From Squalus acanthias (taxonomy: Eukaryota): DNA of 64,000 nt. Of the stretch, positions 1 through 11,200 are shown one piece after another (position 1 is the first letter of the stretch; every line of letters starts with the position of its first letter). The stretch is from the NCBI GenBank assembly GCA_030390025.1, contig CM059431.1, positions 125,862,001-125,926,000 on the forward strand, read 5' to 3'. Under the pieces are notes generated by a model. That model was not told where the DNA came from, searched no databases, and saw only the letters and a list, made by a program, of their open reading frames with translations. The translations under genes and the position numbers were made by a program.

Positions 1-402
1 AAACCAGCGTTGTTTAAAGGGGCCACTGAAGACTGCCACAAAATGTTTAATAGACAAAAAATGTACCTTCCTGAATGTGGAGCCAGGAGGAGCAGGATTG
101 CCTCATTGAAACTGCGGGCTGCTGCTGGCCACCGCTCACAACCCCCTCCCGATCTCCTCAACCCCCCTTTCCCGGACTCACCTTCAGCCTGGTGTCAGTA
201 TCTCAGCAGGCTAACTTCCCTCCTCTTTGTGACCAACATATAGCCTTCTGGGGTACGATTGATGCAACCAACAGCCCTGACACGTGCTGATGACCCAAGA
301 GGACCAATTGGGCGTGGTCTTCTTGTGAAATAGTTTCGGCGTGGCAGTAAAAGCTGTCATTGGTTTTACACCCGAATTTGGGCGTGAACCATTTTCTAGG
401 CC
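1..402. mobile_element. Right end of a Harbinger-type element/MITE, truncated by the window edge
   Basis: Ends in ATTTTCTAGGCC (391-402), which resembles the GG-n5-A(A/T)(A/T)TT terminal 12-mers of other Harbinger ends in this window; GC-rich subterminal sequence. Confidence 0.4.
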
Positions 403-2964
403 CAAATAACTAATATCAGTGTTACATTGTCAAAATATTATTTTGCATTGGAACTTATTATGCTCTGAGCACAACATTCAAAAACAAAATCTATAAAAAT
501 CCAAAAAATTACATTGAGATTTGTGAATGAAGAAATCTAAATAACATAGTTTCAGTAAAAAAAAGCCTGAACACAATGCCTGAATCATCGTTCTAAAAAA
601 AGATACAATCATCCACATAAAATTAGCTGTGACTGTTTCCAGACACCATGTGACAGAGACATCACCCATAACTGAAGAAATAAAGCTTAAAGCACATTCC
701 AGAAAAATCAATCAGAACCAGATCCTGATATTTCATTAAAAATTCAATTTAGAATTTTTAGCTCTTCTAATGTTGCATCCAATTTTAAGAGGGAAAAGGC
801 AAAATACCCTTTCCTTGTCTGAGAATGTCAGCTGCAGGCTGTACTTCTACCGTCCCTCCACAATTAGCTGCATCTGTTTTCTGCTGTTTGTGTAACAGAC
901 TGTGAAGTTCTGGATATTGTTTGAGGCTTTGGTACATAATTTAACATCACTACTTCACAAAAGAGAAAGGAGCAATTAGCAAAGTTAACAAGTCGCAGAA
1001 ATTACAATAAGATGCAAACCATACTCTAGCAAAAACATGCCCTGTAGCTGTGTGCATGTTTGTGAAGATACTGTGCAGCGATGTTTTCAAAATGATTCTC
1101 TAGTTCTAATAACATAAAATTGTCAATCTAAGAATTGCAGGAAATAAAACAGTGCAACTTGTTGGAATTTAATGTTAAAGCACATAAAATGAAGTGGTCT
1201 TTTGAAGCAGAAGAGCATTTCATTTATATCATGTCATTACAGATAAATGGGTTTAAATCTGGCAATGGCTTGATAGCTCATGGATTTGGACAGATGGCAG
1301 GTACTGATATGGCCCCCAGCTCAGTCATTATACTCACTGGTACCCTCAATAGGCCACAGCTCGGTCTAGTCAAGGAAACTAGCTTGGACCCACCCCTTCC
1401 CTGCAGTGATTTTTGACAATGACTTTTGTACCATTAACAATAATCATCTTGCCCTTTATCTATATCTACCATCCTCTCAAAGTTTTTGTTGCTGTCTTAA
1501 CAGCCATTTCTAAAATACTCTGATCTCTGACTCATCTAATTGGAAACTGATGCTGTGACCTTGTCTCCTGTACGTATGATTAATTTTCTTGACATTCAGC
1601 TGGATTTTGTCATGGCTATACCCACCTGGGTAAATCTGATGTGATTGCAACTCACTGGTATCTGTTTCCAAGCAGATGCTCACCTCTAACAACAGAATCA
1701 TGATCACGGCTGTTGCAAATACATAGAGGTTTGGAATTCGATTCTGATATTGATATTGACACAATTAGAAAAGCATGAAAAATAGATAAGGGCAGAGAAA
1801 TTTGAAAAAGGTGGAATCATACAACTACAATGAACTATTGTGATTTACATTAGCTCTGTCCCCAAAAGAGAAACAGGTTATCGATGAATGATCTGCATAT
1901 TCACATTGCTCCAAACAGTTATATTTGCTGAAATTAGTTAATGCAGGTGTAGGTTTGAGACAGGCATGCTATACATCCATCAAATGAATTACATTCTTGA
2001 AAAATCTCCTCAGCAAGAAGTCAACACCTTCACGAGAAGGGGATGGAAAAATGATGGAAATACAGAAAAAGCTGGACATATCCAGAAAGATATTCACCAT
2101 CCATAAAGAGAGAAGATAGGCTAACATTTTGGGTGTGGAGGCTTTGTCAGAACTGGGTTCTGCTGTGACTTTGGTTGGAGAGCTGCACAACCCCAGAAAC
2201 ATTTTGGGAATATCATTTTTGCCAGTTTCTCAGGGTTTCCACAGCTCCTCCAACACAATTATGGCAGAGGAACGGAAGAATCTCTGCAGAAATTCATGCC
2301 CCTATACCTGAAATGTTAACTTCTATTTTCTCCCTTTACAGATACTGAGGGACCTGGTGGTTTTCACCAGCATTTTATGTTTTTATTTCAGGTTTCCAGT
2401 ATTTTTCTTTTCTCATGCCTTTGAGGGCCATATACATTTTTTATTAAATATGTTAAAGTTGCCAATGCTAACTCAATATAACTTCTTGGAGCAATTTTGC
2501 ATCTGATGGCTTCGCCTCTCACCCTGCCATTCCGCATCTCCAGCAACTTCATCACAAAGCTTTGTAGACCAAATCCACTGCCACAACTGCTCTGTCTGTG
2601 GCAAATAAAGTGACAACAGACTTTGGGCCTAGAAATTGGATATGGCCACAAAACAGGCAGGGTTAAGGCCCAACAATGTTAACCTGCGCTAGGTCAAAAT
2701 GGTCTAGGTAGCACGCAAAATTTGTGCTCAGTTCTCATTAACATGATTATAGTCTTGATCTCAGTGCTAAAATCGCTGCTCATTGGCTTACTGCTCAACA
2801 GGTGGGCCAATATCGGGTCCAGTCTAATTCCCAGTCATGTTTGGCACAGGCTTTATTCAGTACTTGAAGGGGATGTGCATTGATGCTATAGCACCTCATT
2901 GTCTATCCAATTCCAACTTCACCTGGAAGCAGACGGCAGTGAAAGTAGATGACTGAGTCTCAGC

Positions 2965-3920
2965 ATGAGGAAGAGAGCCCACAGATTCTCTGACTTGGCT
3001 CTTGAAGCACTGGTGGAATCCGTGGAGAGGAGGCGGACTGTCCTCTTCAAGCAGACTGGCAGGAAGCCCTCGTCATCTGCATCTTGAAGGCTTTGGCCAG
3101 CTCCCCGGAGGGTGAGTTCGCACACGAGTTCTGCTGCATACAACTCACATGAGGAGCTCAATGGGGCGACCTTTAGAAGAAGGGTGATGGACATGGACAC
3201 CAAATTGATAGGTGCAAAGGCAAGCCTGCCAGGGAGCATCTTGGCAAAGTCAAGGAGCATGGAGGAGTCCGCCTCCAGGATTTCCTGGCTGGAAATGATA
3301 AAAAAACTCCCGAAGAGACTGTGTCGACCCAGGCATGATGCTGTGTGTGATGGGCGATGTCACAGCTGCCATTGCAGCACAGGTGGAAGTGACCCAACGT
3401 CTTAGTGCTGTAGCGGAAGCACAAACCGCTCTCATGCAATCTCAGCTTGCTGCCAAACAAGCTCAGACTGCTGCCATTGTGGCCGGGTTTACCAGTGTCG
3501 ACCGGGACTTGCAGGGTGTCGCAGCAGCCAAGCAATCTGTGCTCCAACAGATTGCTAGGAATACTGAGGCGCCGCCCCAGGGGATTGGCAGTGGGTCAGT
3601 GGAGCAGGACCCTGCTGTCCTCTCTCAGGGTGACAGCATTCCTGTTTCCACCACTGCCACTCCGTCATTACCCTTGCCGCTGCCTGTCAGCCAGCTAGCC
3701 CAGACTTCTGCCACCCATGCCGAGGTGGTGCAGTCTACAGCCGGGCCTTCTAGGGCCAGAGCTGCTCGAGGATGTCCTGCAAGGCCAGTCTGAAGTATCC
3801 CGCATAGAAACTCAGCAGTTTTCCACCAGCAATGCTGTAGCCACTGGGGGAGCACTTCGTAGGAGCACTGGATCAGGAAAGGGCACCCGAACGACAGGCA
3901 CTAAGGGATTGCACAATGGT
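2965..3920 (+). pseudogene. Harbinger MYB/SANT-like DNA-binding protein remnant, internally deleted
   Basis: Starts MRKRAHRFSDLALEALVESVERRR, like the intact copy MERVRERAHRFTERALDALVDAVERRR at 55473; C-terminal part HAEVVQSTAGPSR matches HAELVQSAAGPSR at ~53800. Stops and frameshifts present. Confidence 0.8.
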
Positions 3921-4129
3921 GATTGGTTGATATTGTTACTGTAAATATGTGTAAATTGATTTTTAATAAATGTATTAATTCTGTTTGGAATCTTTTGTGC
4001 TGGCTCTCATTTCAGCTTTGTGCCCAGGAGGACACTGTGATATTCCGTGACAGAAGGATTGTATGATGGGGATGTGGTGAGCAACAGGGACCTGGGGTTT
4101 CATTCATTGGAATCAGTGTCTGATGAGGA

Positions 4130-4667
4130 GACACAGACAGCCAGTAGTGAAGGGGGATTGGCTGCCTTCCTCCTCCCTTCCTCCTCATCCTCATCCTCTT
4201 CCTCTTGCTCATCTTCCTCTTCCTCCTCCTCCTCCTCCTCTCCATTGTCTTTCTCCTGAGGTAGTCCCGCAATCCCTGGTGGCAAGGGCAGCACCCTCAT
4301 GATGACCAAGTTGTGGAGCATACAGCAGACCACCACAAAGTGGGACACCCGCTCTGCCGAGTACTGGAGGGCTCCTCCTGAGTGGTCAAGGCAGTGGAAC
4401 CATTGCTTCAGTAAACAATGGTCTGCTCGATGATGTTCCTGGTGGAAGCAATGCTCTCATTATATGAGTGCTGGGCACGAGTGGTGGGGTTCCGGAGGGG
4501 AGTCATCAGCCAGGTGCAGAGCGGATAGCCCTTGTCTCCGAGCAGCCACCCTCGAGTTTCATGTGGTGGCTGGAAGATTGCTGGCACACCGATTAATGCA
4601 GGATGAAGCCATCATGGCTGCTGCCAGTATAGCGGGCATTGACCGTCAGGAAGTACTGGGCATGGTC
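4130..4667 (-). pseudogene. Harbinger (HARBI1-like) transposase, 3' half
   Basis: VSHFVVVCCMLHNLVIMR plus acidic tail, matching VSKFVVVCCMLHNMAILR of the intact transposase at 52162-53322; frameshifted; cut by provirus 1. Confidence 0.85.
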
Positions 4668-6387
4668 TGTAGAATTCGCAATTATCGCGATTTGATTAAT
4701 AAGGAGAAAACACAAAATTTCGTTCAAACAGCTTTTATTTCAGCAGAATGCTGTCAGGTTTAAATTGGACACAAGCAGCCTGTAAAATGGCCGCCGCACC
4801 TCGTGACAGAACATTCTAGACTTTTCAACAGGCAGACAAGATGGCGTTCCATTAAACATTTTTTGCAAGATCGATGACGATTCAGCACAGTGAAGATAAT
4901 ACACGGGACATTATGGGTTTGCAGTATAAACATAGATACTGGAATCGGTCTCCCAGGTGCAAAGGAAAGCCATTGTACCAAGTACTTAAGGGCCCATCCA
5001 AAGGACATTAATATGTAAACTCCCAACGGCTCTACGATGAGAGAGCCGTTAGCAGGTAGTTATACAGGACACTTGGAAGCCCCAAACCCCTCCAGGGAGA
5101 ACACCGACCGATTTAACAATGGGAGAAATATTAACAGGTACTCAAACATTCATGAGTAGCCCCGAAACCCATTAAGAACGGAGATCACCCATACAAGACA
5201 TTTGGGCGCCAAACCCTAAACAAAAGAATGGACATTATAGTTGGGCGGGAAACGGAAGATTTTTTGCACTATAATTGCAGGCCCCAAACCGTCCATTCGC
5301 TCTCTTGCCGCTCTTGCTCGCTTGCTGCTTTTATCATCGTGGCTGCTCCTGTGTTTTATCCGGTCGATTCGTAACCTCGTGGCTGCTCCTGTGTGCTCGT
5401 AGTTGGGCTTCTGCGTGCCTGTTGCCTCTTCTGAAAAGACTGTTGAACTTTCTGATCCGTACGGATCTACCTCGTGTCGCGTAACGAAGACCTATGTTGG
5501 TAACTGGCAGCGGAACCAAAGGCCCGAGATGAGATGAGATGAGATGAGATGAGAGGAGAAGAGAAGAAGACCATATCCATCGCCACGGTCAGTAAATCCC
5601 GACCGCGCCTGTAGGTCGATCAGCCAAGTCTTCTCGACAGGAAGTTTTCTTCTTTAAACTTCTAACAAAGCATATTGCATCAATGATAACGGGACTGTGC
5701 AAACACATCGTATCAATGATATTGACAACGGTGCTCCTCGACTAAACTGTGAAGTCAACCAACAGAGGTCTTCACTACAGCAGACGGTCCAGCCTACTAG
5801 CCCGAGCAGCAGAAGCCAGTAAACAAGTGGGACCAGGAGATCTCCTGACCGACACGTGGGTGCTGCGGTGAAAAACATCCGATCAGCTATTCGGGATTTC
5901 TCCGAGTTATTACGAGTGGTGAGCATGAGTCTCGAGATCCTACGAAGCTAGTTTAGGATAGATATTGATAGGGGAGGGTTTAAAGATTAAGGATATTTGT
6001 AATGTATGCCCTATTTACGTTGTGCCGTTCGTTCCTCGTTTCCCTAAGATTGATTATAACCGTTTGTCAGATTGTACTGTCATTAATCTGTGCGTATGAC
6101 ATGTATTTCATAATTTTAAGTATCATGCAATAAAGATTTTCCATTTCGTACCATTCAAACCAAGTCTACATGAGTTTTATCTCCATTACTGCTCTCGCAT
6201 CTAAGTCCAGTGTCTAGAACCGTAAGGGAGAGTGATTCGAACCACTCACAGGTGTGTCTAGTGTTCCCAGACTGGCTGGAGACCAGAACAGGCAACCAGG
6301 CCTAGACCCGCACTGACATACAGGCTGCACAGAGCCGCGTGAATCTCACAGGCTACGAGACACGCAGGGTCAGGAGAATCCCTTACA
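4668..6387 (+). repeat. 5' LTR of provirus 1 (1720 bp)
   Basis: TGTAGAATTC...CCCTTACA. No difference from 15791-17510 seen by eye, and the ORF translations are identical. GC box 5243-5249, TATAAT 5270-5275, (GAGAT)n ~5527-5552, AATAAA 6129-6134. Confidence 0.97.
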
Positions 6388-6391
6388 GAAA

Positions 6392-8203
6392 ATGGCGACC
6401 GCGGCAGGACACTGGCAGCGAGAGGGTAGTGTGTTAGATTTTGGAATGACGGTACGAAATGTTATGCAGGAAAAGATAGCGGATTATGTGTTTGGAAAGG
6501 TTAATCTAACTAAAAAGTGGATAAGTGAATTGTTAGCGGATAAGAGCCCACTAGAGGCAGCTGAAAGGTGGACAGATAGTAAGGAGCATAAAAAGGCAGT
6601 TGAGAAAGCAGTCTGGCTTATGTGCTACAAAAGGCAGGTTCAGATTTCAAACCAGACCATTACAGCGCTAACAGCTCGTATCAGCCATTTAGAGGGAGAA
6701 ATGGAGGAGAAGGTTTCTGGAGGGGAGGTGCTCATTAAGAATTTAAATGAGTTACGCCAGGAAAGCCAGGAAGTCTCCAGTTACCTTAAAACAAGGGTAG
6801 AGTATCTCGAGTGCCAGATCACTGAAGCAAAATTGAACGAGAGTAGGATGAAGGAAAGATGTAACCGCCAAGCTGCCCAGATAAGAACTCAAGAAGAGAG
6901 CTTAATGGGGGTTAGGTCGGCGTATAAGTTGGCCCTTGAGGATAAGTTTCAGGGAGCCGACCATAGCGCCTGCCAAAAAGAGATAGAGAGCCTCAAAAAG
7001 GCCGTGAATAATGCGAACGGCATGGTGTGCCTTATCAATCCGTCGGCGCGCCAGCCGCTAGTAAATGAGAGATTTAGAAATTCCCCACCAAGTAAAGCAG
7101 AAGAAGTAGTAGCCACTGCGCCCTCCGCGCCACCCAGCTATTCAGAAACCTGGGTTAGGGAGGAAGCAACGGAAGAAACAAAAGAGCCCGTTAAAAAGGA
7201 AGTAGAAAAGGGATCGTTGTATCCAGTAACGGGTATTAAAAGGGGCCCAAGCAGAAACGGTGGGGAAGAACCGGGGGATCTCCTCGGACAGCTGGTGTTG
7301 CCTCACAGTTCACATCAGCTGAGAGCCATGATAAACCACGTAAGGAAGCTGACCGAGATAGACGACCCTTCCGTACATTTCAGGGAAGTTGAGCAAGCCG
7401 CAGCCATTAACGGCTGCGATGATGGGGAGACAGCAAAAATGCTGCTGTTCTCATTAGACAGCTCGGTCCTTCAGTGTCTCTCAGGCGAGAGCAAGAGGGG
7501 AAACAAAAGTTATGAGGAATTGAAAAATGAGGTCCTAGAAGTAGTGGGAGCGAACGACGGAGGTCCGTTTGCTAGAGTGGGACAGACAGTGCAGATGGAG
7601 GGAGAACCCCCGAAGGTTTTTGCCGACAGGCTGTGGCCAGTATATGAGCGCAGCTGTCTAGGTGCGCCCGAGCGCGAAGATGTGGAAGGCGCCGCTTTAA
7701 TTCATTGGCTTAGGTGCATAATAGCCAACAGTTTACCAGCCGTTAGAGAGCAGGCAAAAGCCTGGTTCGATCCCAATGACCTCAACCTTACGGAAGAGTC
7801 GGTCTTGAATCGACTCACGTTAGGTTACCGTAACATAAGGGGTATGACGACACGTCCCTTTAAGGGAAGAGTACATGAGGTACGACCCGCAGCCCCGGCT
7901 CAAAGAGAGTGGCATCAGGAGGGTAATCGCGCCCCACAGGCAAGTAATGCCTGTTACGGGTGTGGGAAGACAGGGCACTGGCGCAAGCACTGCAGGAACC
8001 CTTGGAAGGATTCCAAGGATAAAAATCCCGCGGTCCGAGCCCAGGCGCCTGTCCCGCCTAAGGAAGCAAAGGCACCCACCTCTCCCGACGACCTCGAAGC
8101 AGTGTTAGGAGCCATGCGCAAGATGGTTTTGAATGCGCGTGGACAGGTGGCGGTCGCAACCGGCCCCGTAGGTGCCGCAGGACCGTCTAATAGTGCCCCA
8201 TGA
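6392..8203 (+). CDS. gag: Gag polyprotein, 603 aa
   Basis: N-terminal coiled-coil, PSAPPSY late-domain-like motif, capsid-like region (QMEGEPPKVFADRLW), single CCHC knuckle CYGCGKTGHWRKHC. Confidence 0.93.
   Translation: MATAAGHWQREGSVLDFGMTVRNVMQEKIADYVFGKVNLTKKWISELLADKSPLEAAERWTDSKEHKKAVEKAVWLMCYKRQVQISNQTITALTARISHLEGEMEEKVSGGEVLIKNLNELRQESQEVSSYLKTRVEYLECQITEAKLNESRMKERCNRQAAQIRTQEESLMGVRSAYKLALEDKFQGADHSACQKEIESLKKAVNNANGMVCLINPSARQPLVNERFRNSPPSKAEEVVATAPSAPPSYSETWVREEATEETKEPVKKEVEKGSLYPVTGIKRGPSRNGGEEPGDLLGQLVLPHSSHQLRAMINHVRKLTEIDDPSVHFREVEQAAAINGCDDGETAKMLLFSLDSSVLQCLSGESKRGNKSYEELKNEVLEVVGANDGGPFARVGQTVQMEGEPPKVFADRLWPVYERSCLGAPEREDVEGAALIHWLRCIIANSLPAVREQAKAWFDPNDLNLTEESVLNRLTLGYRNIRGMTTRPFKGRVHEVRPAAPAQREWHQEGNRAPQASNACYGCGKTGHWRKHCRNPWKDSKDKNPAVRAQAPVPPKEAKAPTSPDDLEAVLGAMRKMVLNARGQVAVATGPVGAAGPSNSAP
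6393..6410 (+). promoter_or_regulatory. Primer binding site, tRNA-Arg(UCG)-type
   Basis: TGGCGACCGCGGCAGGAC is the complement of GTCCTGCCGCGGTCG+CCA, which I recall as the 3' end of a vertebrate tRNA-Arg-TCG. The same 18-mer is at 46838-46855 (-). Confidence 0.85.
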
Positions 8204-11200
8204 CTAGAACCAGCACAGCCCGTCTACCTGTGTCCGCTCAGCTATGATGCGTGGAGGCGACCTGTGGTGGAGATGGAGGTAGAGAAACAGAAGGGCAGTT
8301 ATTTGTTGGACACGGGAGCTTCTTGCACCATAATCCATACAGATGACCCTTTTGACTCGCCGCTACCTACCAAGGTCCCATTCACGCTAGCAGGGTTCAC
8401 AGGGAAAGAACAGGCTGGCACGTTTTCCCTCCCGCTATCCATTCGTTTAGGAACACTTCGCCTTAAGTGGAAGTGTATACTGATGGCATGGCAAAAGGGG
8501 GGTGGAAGAGGTATTCTCGGGTCCGATCTCCTAGCGGGACACGGGATCCTCGTGGACCTCAGAAATCACTGTCTCTGGGGGGCTAAAGGTGAAAAAGGCG
8601 AGGTAATGGTAATTCAAGGGGAGGAAGAAACAGGGGTCCTGTGTACCGTACAGCCATCCGGAGGCTACGACCTCAGGCTTATGGTCGCAGATGTCCCAAC
8701 GGACATGCAAACGTACGTGTCAGATAATATGCACGCGTTTGCAACCCACAAGCACGATTGTGGGAGGGTGGTCGGGTTTGAGGTCAGCGTAGATGGGGAC
8801 CCCATGACCCGACCCCAAAAGCAGTATAACTTCCCCAAAGAAGCAGAACCCGATATGGAGACAGCAATGTCTTCCTTGGTGCAGCAGGGCGTGTTGAGGC
8901 CGATAGCCACACACGTGAACTCCCCATTATGGCCGGTTAGGAAGCCGGATAATTCGTGGAGAGCCACGGTGGACTACAGAGTCCTTAACAGTAACATTCC
9001 CGCCTGCGCGCCCACAGTAGCAGCAGTTGCTGACCTAATAGGGAGCATCCCAGCGTCCGCGACCACGTTCACGGTGCTGGATATCTCGAACGGTTTTTGG
9101 TCCATCCCGCTGCGGCGAGAGGACCAGTACAAGTTTGCCTTTACGTTTAAAGGGCAACAGTACACGTGGAACTGTTTGCCACAGGGTTTCCACAATAGCC
9201 CCAGTATTTTTCATCAGTGTATGGCAGGAAGTTTAAAGGAGTTTAGTCAGCCCAATCAGATAGTACAGTATGTGGATGATTTGCTCCTATTTACGGACTC
9301 AAGGGAGGAGCACGGACCACTACTGGACGAATTATTGGAGCTGTTAGCGAGAAAGGGTTTTAAAGTAAACCCAAAGAAAGCACGTATCGGTCAGCAGGAA
9401 GTAAAATTCCTGGGACTGACCCTACGCGCTGGGGAAAGAGCCATAGACAAAGCAAGGAGGGAGTCGGTGCAAGAATTACCGATTCCCAGCAACGTAAGGG
9501 GTGTGAGGTCCTTCTTGGGACTGACCGGTTACTGCAGGGATTTTATCGAAGATTATGCGGCCACAGCGGCGCCGCTCCTCCGACTCCTCCATAAGGGGGT
9601 GGAGTGGCTTTGGGACGAGGGCTGCCAAGCAGCCTTCGAGAAGTTAAAAAGGGATCTGCAGACCGCGCCAGCCTTAGGGGCCATAGATGGGGGGAAGGAG
9701 TTTTTCCTGGAGGTGGCTGCCAGCGGGGACAGCTTAAGCGCCGTGCTGCTCCAAGAGCGTCACGGCAAGCTGAGGCCGGTTGTCTATTCGTCCAGGGTAT
9801 TAACGGATGTGGAGAGAAGTTTTTCCAATTGCGAAAGGCACCTTTTAGCCACGCATTGGGCTGTGAAAAGATCAGCGATCTTCACAGGGCTCTCTCCCAT
9901 CACTCTCCTCACACATCACACACCAACTAAGATGCTTCTGGATGGGAGGATTAAAGACGGGACCGTAAGCAGCGCACGCATTGCGCGTTGGACCCTTCTT
10001 CTCTCCCAGTTGGATCTTAGAGTAAAAGGTCTTTGCGAGCCCAGGCTTGCGGCCAATTTGGTATACCCCGGTACAGCCCACCGGTGTTCGGTGGAAGGGG
10101 TGTGGGACGTCAACATAGGTTTACGGGCCGGGATACATCCCACTGGGCGCGAGATTTATGTTGATGGGTCTAGCACAGTATCTGCTGGCGAGCGACTCAC
10201 AGGGTGTGGAGTTTATGACCCTGCGGCAGACCTTGCCCTGGCGATCAAGCTCCCTAGCACCATGAGCGCGCAGCAAGCTGAGCTGTCTGCCGTGGTGTAC
10301 GTGGTGACCCACCCAGACATTTTCCCAACCCCATACACGATTTGCTCGGACAGTATGTTCACCTGCAATTCGTGTACGGAATACCTGGCCATTTGGTCCC
10401 GCCGCGGATACACCTCCGCGGACGGGCGACCTTTAACGGTGAAGCCCTTGCTGGAAAAGATCTTAGCAGCAGCAGTAGGGGAGGAAGGAGAGATTTTCAT
10501 CCATAAGGTGAAAGCTCACTCCTCCACAGAGCCCCGTGGGGAGGGCAACCGGCAGGCGGATGCGCTAGCCAGGGAGGGTGCCCGCGACGGCATTTTCTGG
10601 AACCCCTATAGGACCGGACCCATAGCAGCGGTCCGTGGCGGGGACGGGAATACCGGGAACACCAGGGTAGCATTGCCCCTAGACCTTAAGACCGTCCAAG
10701 CCCAGGATCCCGCCCTAAAAGCAGTCCTAAAAACGATTGCTGAGGGGAGACAGGTAGAAGGTCCGTACAGTACGGCAACCCTCTCAGTTAAGGAAGGCAT
10801 GCTGTTCCGCGGGGAGCAGTGGGTTGTGCCGCAGCAGCACAGGAGGGAATTCCTCCAGTTGGCTCACGAGGGACCAGGGGCAGGGCACCCCGGGCCCGAG
10901 GTTACCTGGCAACGGGTAGAGCAAGCGGGATGGTGGCCAGGGCTCAGGGAACAAGTCCGCGAGTTCTGTGCAAACTGTCTTGTGTGCGCTGCAAACAACC
11001 CAGACCCCCAGAAAAGGAAGGTGCCCATGGGACACGTAAGAAGGGTAGAGGGACCATGGCAGTCGATACAGATCGACTATATAGGACCCCTGCCCACCAC
11101 CCAGGGAGGTTATAAGTACTGCCTCGTCCTGGTAGATGTGTTTTCCAAGTGGGTGGAAGCCTTCCCTTGTCGAACAGCTACGGCACTGGGTACAGCAAAA

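Noticed and set aside
820..2300. Possible host exons in unassigned sequence (also 22340-22750, 26630-27270, 49370-49680, 56700-58400)
   Set aside because: Frames contain stops, and I found no recognisable protein or consistent splice chain. They could be very old repeats or pseudogene pieces; a tBLASTx search would be needed.
4760..5926. Short ORFs inside the long LTR as accessory genes (foamy-virus-like)
   Set aside because: 60-90 aa, mostly non-ATG starts, no recognisable motif, and frames not obviously preserved among the four LTR variants.
6225..6320. Antisense Pol III unit (B-box-like GGTTCGAATC) in U5
   Set aside because: The A box is unconvincing and there is no T4 terminator nearby; the hairpin explanation is simpler.
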